DNA from: the human T2T-CHM13v2.0 reference genome, Homo sapiens
Length of the DNA: 64,000 nucleotides
NCBI RefSeq assembly: GCF_009914755.1
Contig: NC_060937.1
Reading direction: 5' to 3' (one strand)
Part shown: piece by piece, positions 57,011 through 64,000 of the stretch
How the letters are laid out: every line of letters starts with the position of its first letter
Position numbering within the stretch: position 1 is the first letter of the stretch
The notes under the pieces: generated by a model
The model's database searches: none
What the model was told of the DNA's origin: nothing
What the model saw: the letters and a program-made list of their open reading frames with translations, nothing else
Position numbers and translations under genes: made by a program

Positions 57011-58026
57011 AAGCTGCTGAAGTTGCAGTGTGCAGCCTGCACAGCTCACTGTGGCTGCCGTGATTAGCTACTGCATTTTTCTTTGGGAAAAAGTGATCTG
57101 AGATCCAAGCACTTGGTTTATCTAAGGCTTTTAGATTGTGACTTTAAGTTGGAGTTATAAATTATTGGAAACTTGGGAAAACAAATTAGAGATGTGCAGG
57201 GGTGGGAGAGATCTCTCTGAACTGGATCAATCAGAGAAACATCCTTAAAGATTTGATATTTGAAGAATGGGCAGGAGAAAGGGTATCCAAGTTAGGGAAA
57301 ATGTTTTGTACTTACTCGAGTCAAGGTTTAAATGGAATTCAGTGCTGAGCTTGAAGAAAAGGTGTCTTTGTGTAATTTTGACTGGAAGAAAATCAGAAGG
57401 TAACTTATGATTTACATTTACATTCCAACTTCTTAAAATTACATTTTAAGAATGGATTACAATCTTGTTAGGAAGGTTCTTCCCTATCCCCAGCCCCTAT
57501 GACCCTGAGTTCTAAAAGACTCACTATTCAGCAGGCACACATCTGAAATGACACTGTCCACCAAGTGAGGCCCATAAACCCTAGTCCTTGTCTGTGTTCC
57601 CGTGGAGGGGCTGAGGAGGCTCCACTCTGTGACTCTGACAGTTCTGGTGAAAAGAATGTCCCTGGCAGAGGAGGCAGCAAGGCTGTCTGATGGCTCACTG
57701 AATAGCCCTGGGAGTAAGAGCTGTTTCCCACCATGAAAACAGGGACTCCACCCTCAAAAGAAAGCAGCCTTCACAGCTGCTTAACTAAGTAGCCTCATGG
57801 GACTCCTGGGAGCTAAAAACCACAGCCGAGCTTTCTCCCCACAGGGCATGGCTCTAAGACAAGAAAAAGAGATAATTTTAGACCACAAACTTTGACCTTG
57901 TGAATAAAAGGAGAATAATGTAAATAAAGAAAAATAAGGTGGAAGTAACTCATAACAAGCAGAAAAATGGTAAGATATAAACCACTGGATCCTGAGATCA
58001 GGCATAGTTTTTAAAAAAATTGATAG

Positions 58027-58292
58027 TTTTTTTATTGATACATAATAGAGGTACATATTTTGGGAGTACATGTGACAGTTTGATACAATCGTATAATATA
58101 TAAAGATAAGGGTAATTGGGGTATCCATCACCTTAAATACTTGTCTTTTCTTTATGTCAGGGACAGTGGAATTATTCTCTGCTAGCTATCTTGAAATGTA
58201 CAGTAGATTAATGTTAACTATAGTCACCCTATAGTGAGCTATTGAACACTGGGTTTTATCTCTTCTATCTAACTGTATGTTTGTACCCATTC
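58027..58292 (-). mobile_element. L1MA-like LINE 3' end
   Basis: TTTATTGATACATAATAG..GGGTAATTGGGGTATCCATCACC..TTAACTATAGTCACCCTA..TAACTGTATGTTTGTACCCATT. Confidence 0.85.
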
Positions 58293-58332
58293 AGACATAA
58301 TTTTTTAAAAGTTCCCTAAATACTAATATTGA

Positions 58333-58646
<314 letters not shown>

Positions 58647-58783
58647 TCATTACTTTTATTTTATTTGTAATGCTACATGGATTAGTAGCTGCTTAACATT
58701 ATCTGTTATTTTGACATCTATTATTTCTTTACATTTTACTTTCAACAGACAGTACGTAATGCCCTGCATACTTCTACCACGAG

Positions 58784-59220
58784 CATATTTATTCCTTATG
58801 GCTGCTGTAATAAATTGCCACAAATTTAGTTGCTTAAAGCAATGTAAATTTCTACTACAGTTCTGGAGGTTGGAAGTCAACTGGGTCAGCATGGCTGTGT
58901 TCCTTCTAAACTGTAGGGGAATCCTTGTCTTGCCTTTTCCAGCTCCTAGAGGCCAACTGCATTGCCTGGCTCCTGGCCGCATAGACTCTGTCCTCTGTTT
59001 CCACGATCACATCTCCTCTGACTCTGACCCTCCTGCCTCCCTCTTACAAGGCCCCTTGGGCTTGCATTTAGGGCTCACATAGATAATCCAGAATAAAATT
59101 CCTATCTCAGGGTCCTTAACATCATCTGCAAAGTCCTTTTTGCTGTTAAGGTAACATAGACACAGATTCCAGAGATTAGGATTTGGACCTCTTAGGGGGG
59201 CTACTATTTAGCCTGCTACA
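58784..59220 (-). mobile_element. MaLR solo LTR (MLT1D-like)
   Basis: GGCTGCTGTAATAAATTGCCACAAATTTAG..CAGTTCTGGAGG..GATAATCCAG..TATTTAGCCTGCTACA. Confidence 0.85.
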
Positions 59221-60289
59221 CTGAGGAGTGTGTGAGACCAACAACCTAGACGGAAACTGGACGGTGGAGAAAACGGTGAAGTGTTTTCTCCGTCGGAGAA
59301 AGTGGATGGAAGGTTATGCATGGTCAGTTTGTCCTTGTACAGAATTCTGTAGTCTAATCCATTTTATATGTAACAAATGAAAATGTTTTCAAGTATGATG
59401 ATCAAAAGGAGTGAGTGTCTCCCTTAACATCCTATAAATATTTTAATACGTGGTCCAGTCCATCTTCCTCACTCACTCTGCAGTGTTTGATCCATTACCC
59501 AAGGTAACTGAGGGCCCACCACCTACTGGGTGCTCCATGAACCCCAGGCAAACCACAGGCAAGTCAGCTCATTTCCTCTGGGTATACAGGGTGTCTTTGT
59601 CTTATATTTAGCTTATAAATTGGTTGTCAGCTCCATTGCAGAGCAGTAACATGAACTTGTGGTTTAGCACATCACATCCTTTAAAGGACAATAACGTTTT
59701 TCTGGCTTCCCCACGTGGCTCTTGATAACAAGATGGTGTGGAGAGCAGCAGGAAGAATGTCCAGGGTAGAGAGCTGCCCTGGAGTTGGGGCCGAGATAGC
59801 AGATGGCACCCTTTCTGTGACAAGGCTATTCTAGAGTTGCTGGGTGACCGACACATCCTGACAGTGCCCAAAGGGGCTGCTTGTGGAGAGGAGGTTGAAA
59901 TTCAAAATCCAAAGCAGAGTCTCTGCACTGAGGCAGATGGAAGAACTCACTGTAGAAGCTTCACGCTGGAGTGTGCAGCCAAGGGCTTAGAGGTCGGGGC
60001 ACCTGCGAAACGTGGAAGCCGGAAGGTTGGGAATGGCTTCATTATGCTCAGACAGATCCCATCCACAGCTCCTTGATGCTGCTGGGAACTCACATTCTCC
60101 TCACACTGGAAGTGCTTGTGCCAGGGCAGGGACCCTAAGACCTACCTCTCTCCATCCCATCCTACTTCTGCCAGCCACATGGATGGTGGAGAGAGCCCAG
60201 CTGCCCATGTTCCTCTCTCAGTGGACTGTGAGAAAACCACTCACAAATTGTGTGCTCTCCAATGAATAAGGGGCATTTGTTGATGCCTA

Positions 60290-60780
60290 ATTAAAATTAA
60301 TATTTATTGAATATCTACTAATATTCCAGACACTATTAGCTCTTTACATGACTTATGCCACTTAATTCTCAGAACTATACATGGAAAGTGCTCCTAGTGT
60401 TTTTTTATTTTTTAATTACAAAAAGTGGGCCCAGGGTGATGAAATAACTTGCCCAAGGCCACACAGCTAGTGAGTGGTATAGTTGCCATTAAACCCAGAC
60501 AGCCTGACATGGAAGCCCACACTTTGCCTGCCCCTGCATCCTGCCAAGAAAAGATGCTGACTCTTTGGTATAGATATTTAAGAAAATTATAATGATAATC
60601 CAAACACTCACGAGGGCTTTTCATATAATTCGTTTAATCCTAAGGAAACCCCTGAGGAAGGTTTGCTTATTATCAATAGAGGGATTAAAGCATGGGAGGG
60701 CTTAAGTAACTTGCCCAAAGTTCACATTGATAGTAAGTAGCAGAACTGTGATTTGAAGCCAGGCAGCCTGCCTGTGTGTT
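60290..60780 (-). mobile_element. Two adjacent MIR fragments
   Basis: TAACTTGCCCAAGGCCACACAGCTAGTGAGTGG and TAAGTAACTTGCCCAAAGTTCACA..GATTTGAAGCCAGGCAG. Confidence 0.7.
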
Positions 60781-60876
60781 CTTAGAAAATGTGTTGTCGT
60801 TGAGATATAGCAATAACACCAAAGTTATAGGCTAAATGATGGAATTTATTAAGATTGTGGAAGGCACTGTAATTGA

Positions 60877-61467
<591 letters not shown>

Positions 61468-61957
61468 TTCTTCTACCACTCTCTGCAGCAAATAAAAGTC
61501 TGAGGAAACGCAGACTGTGATGTGGGTGCCGGCTTAAACTGTGAATAAGGCAAGTTAGTTGGCACCAAGGAGGGAAGTGGCCCAGGCACATTGACCCATG
61601 AGTGACAATGCAGGGAGGAAGGTAGGACTATGACAAGGCTGACTGGAGGGAATGGAACAGAGAGGCAGTGATATGAAGAGTGTGAAATAAATCTGTGATG
61701 GATAACAGCAGCAAGTTCCTTAGAGGCCTTTAACAAAGGGAGTAAGAAATTATTAATGACAGAGGTGAGAAAATGCATATACCAAAGATTCTCTACAGCC
61801 CTGTCTTCAGGGTTTACATTTTTGTTTAGAAGAGTATCATTCTTAACTCTTTCTTTAATACAGTTATGGTGAGATTTGGTTGTATTTTTAATTTATGATG
61901 ACCAGACATGATTTGTGCATGAGAAAGGTATTCCCCACACAAATACATGACAGGAGA

Positions 61958-62250
61958 TATATTCTTTCCCTACTGCTGCTGTAACAAAGAACCACAAACT
62001 TAGTGGCTTAAAAGAACACAAATGTATTTCTTACAGTTCTTTAGATCAGAAGTTTAACACAGATTTCACTCAGCTGGGATCAAAGACGCATTCCTTTCTG
62101 GAGACTCTCGGGGAGAATCCTTTTTCTTGACTTTTCCAACTTGCGGAGGCTGCCCACTTTCCTTGGCTCTCGGCCCCTTCATCCATCTTCAAAGCCAGGC
62201 TAAGTCCTTCTGCTGGCATCTCTCTGGTTCTTTCTTCATAATCACATCTT
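61958..62250 (-). mobile_element. MLT1-type LTR fragment
   Basis: CTGCTGCTGTAACAAAGAACCACAAACTTAGTGGCTTAAAA..CATTCCTTTCTGGAGACTCTCGGGGAGAATCC. Confidence 0.8.
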
Positions 62251-63859
62251 TTGATATCGGGATTCTGCCAGTCTTTTGGATGATGCCATTCTCTTCCAAA
62301 ATTGTGTCCCTAGGCTGTGTGTGTTTCAGCTAGGGAGTTAGGAGTGAGGAGGCAGTGATAATGACAATGAGGCAGAGTTGGCAGGCATGTGGCCAGGCAT
62401 CAGAAGCACAGGCAGGTGGGAGCAGTTCAGAAAAGAGGCACCAAGAGGATGCAGCACCAAGAAGGATGTCCTGATGAGTCTGAACTTTTCATTAGTAAAA
62501 GATGTACTTGTCAAATAAATGAAGTTTAAATGCTTCTACACACAAATACATGGTTTTTATTATTCAGAGAAAATAATTCATGATAAAAAGAGTAAATAAG
62601 CTGAACAGATAGATATTTACTAACCTAGGCATTGCTGATACATTAGCATTGCAAAGACTTTTTAGAAAAATCTGGATTCTGTTTGACTTATAGAAATTAT
62701 ATTTTCTATAAGTATATTTATAAGTATGTATTCTTTAAGTATATTTATACTTCCCACCTCTGTATTACACTCCACATTACAACTCTGGGAGAATATAAAA
62801 ATTGATCTGTATCGAATAGAAACATGACTGGCAGCAAAATAGCTTTCCATTAAAAAATAGAGCAAAGTGGACCAAAAGAAGAGGTAAGCAGATTTTATTA
62901 CACTTATTTTTGTCCACTTCCTCAGTTTTTCCTGATTTATTTGAAAGTTCTAATCCCATGGCACAGAACTTATATTCATGGTTAAATAATTATATTCATT
63001 AGGCTCAAGTCCATTTAAGGAAAATAATGCTAATCTTGGTTCAAGTGACATTTTAAAATCTTAACATTCTGTATTGGTTTAGTAATTTTAGAGTGTTGTT
63101 GTTTTCAGACTTTGCACACAAATCCAATTGCCAGCTCTTCTTCACTTTTCTCACTTCCTATATACCATTAAAGCTTGAATGGGTGCCTTTCCTTCCAGGA
63201 CAGTATTCTCATCCGTTTGCTATTCTTTTTTAATTCCATTCTTGCCTTTCTGCCTTAGCCATATGTTAGTCTCATACTTCTCTATTGAATAACTCTTTTT
63301 GGCTCAATGGATATGAGAAACCAAGCAAAACTTCACATTTGAAGTAAATTATTGGCCTAGTTTATACACTAAGTCTCTCTTAAAATTCCATAACTGTTTC
63401 TTATTCAGGCACATTAATGAAATTCTAAATGTCAGCGAGCAGTACCAAAGGCCTGTAGTTACATGCTTTTCAAAATAAAGTATTGCCATTGCCTGCAGTT
63501 TTGCACATTCTGGTAAAAGGCATTAACAGTTTCTTTGTTTCTGCCTCAATTATCAATTGGTATCATGCTCAAAAATTGCTGAAAGATTACTAGGTTTTGG
63601 TTAGTAGTTAAAGAAGGTGAGTCTGCTCAGAATCACAAGAACATAGTATAGACTGTCTGAGTTGTGCATGTTACATGCAAGGATTAACTCATGTGCCAGT
63701 CTCTGGTGACTGGAGCACTGTGCTGAAAATTCTGGGTCTGTGATCAGTTAGTAATGTCTGCATGGGTGCGGTAATTGGGAGTGGAAATATATATGCCACA
63801 TATTTTCTATCTTCGTTAAATCTAGGTGAAGTCAACATAACAGCCTTTAAAAAAAAAAA

Positions 63860-63990
63860 AAGGAGCATGACTTAGTGGAAGGGAAGAATTTAGGCTCTCA
63901 AATCAGATAGTTCTGGGTCCAAATTCCAACCACACCTTTATCTACTTGTATGACACTGGGAAAGTTAGTTAACTCTTCTACAACTTATGA
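63860..63990 (+). mobile_element. MIR SINE
   Basis: TGGGTCCAAATTCCAAC..TGTATGACACTGGGAAAGTTAGTTAACTCTT. Confidence 0.65.
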
Positions 63991-64000
63991 AATGTGTATA

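Overview
Primate (most likely human) genomic DNA: AT-rich and CpG-depleted, with about 20 Alus plus L1, L2, MIR, MaLR/ERVL LTR and DNA-transposon fossils. One CpG island (~7640-8600) has GC-box/CCAAT/GC-box promoter architecture and probably starts a + strand gene whose first exon is non-coding or carries only a short ORF. The remaining ~55 kb looks like one long first intron with no convincing protein-coding exon, and I cannot name the gene. Nearly all ORFs in the supplied track are Alu/L1/LTR-derived or chance. The most informative element is a near-full-length Tigger4 (Zombi) DNA transposon at 2133-5605, with both termini, TA target sites and a readable but dead Jerky/CENP-B-like transposase, interrupted by five Alu pieces. 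I see no evidence for a new biological system. The best leads are a hydrophobic 15-codon ORF ending at a phase-1 donor in exon 1, several motif-dense non-repeat intronic segments, candidate non-coding exons and some atypical retrotransposition products. Repeat subfamily names come from recalled consensus sequences and need Dfam/RepeatMasker confirmation.
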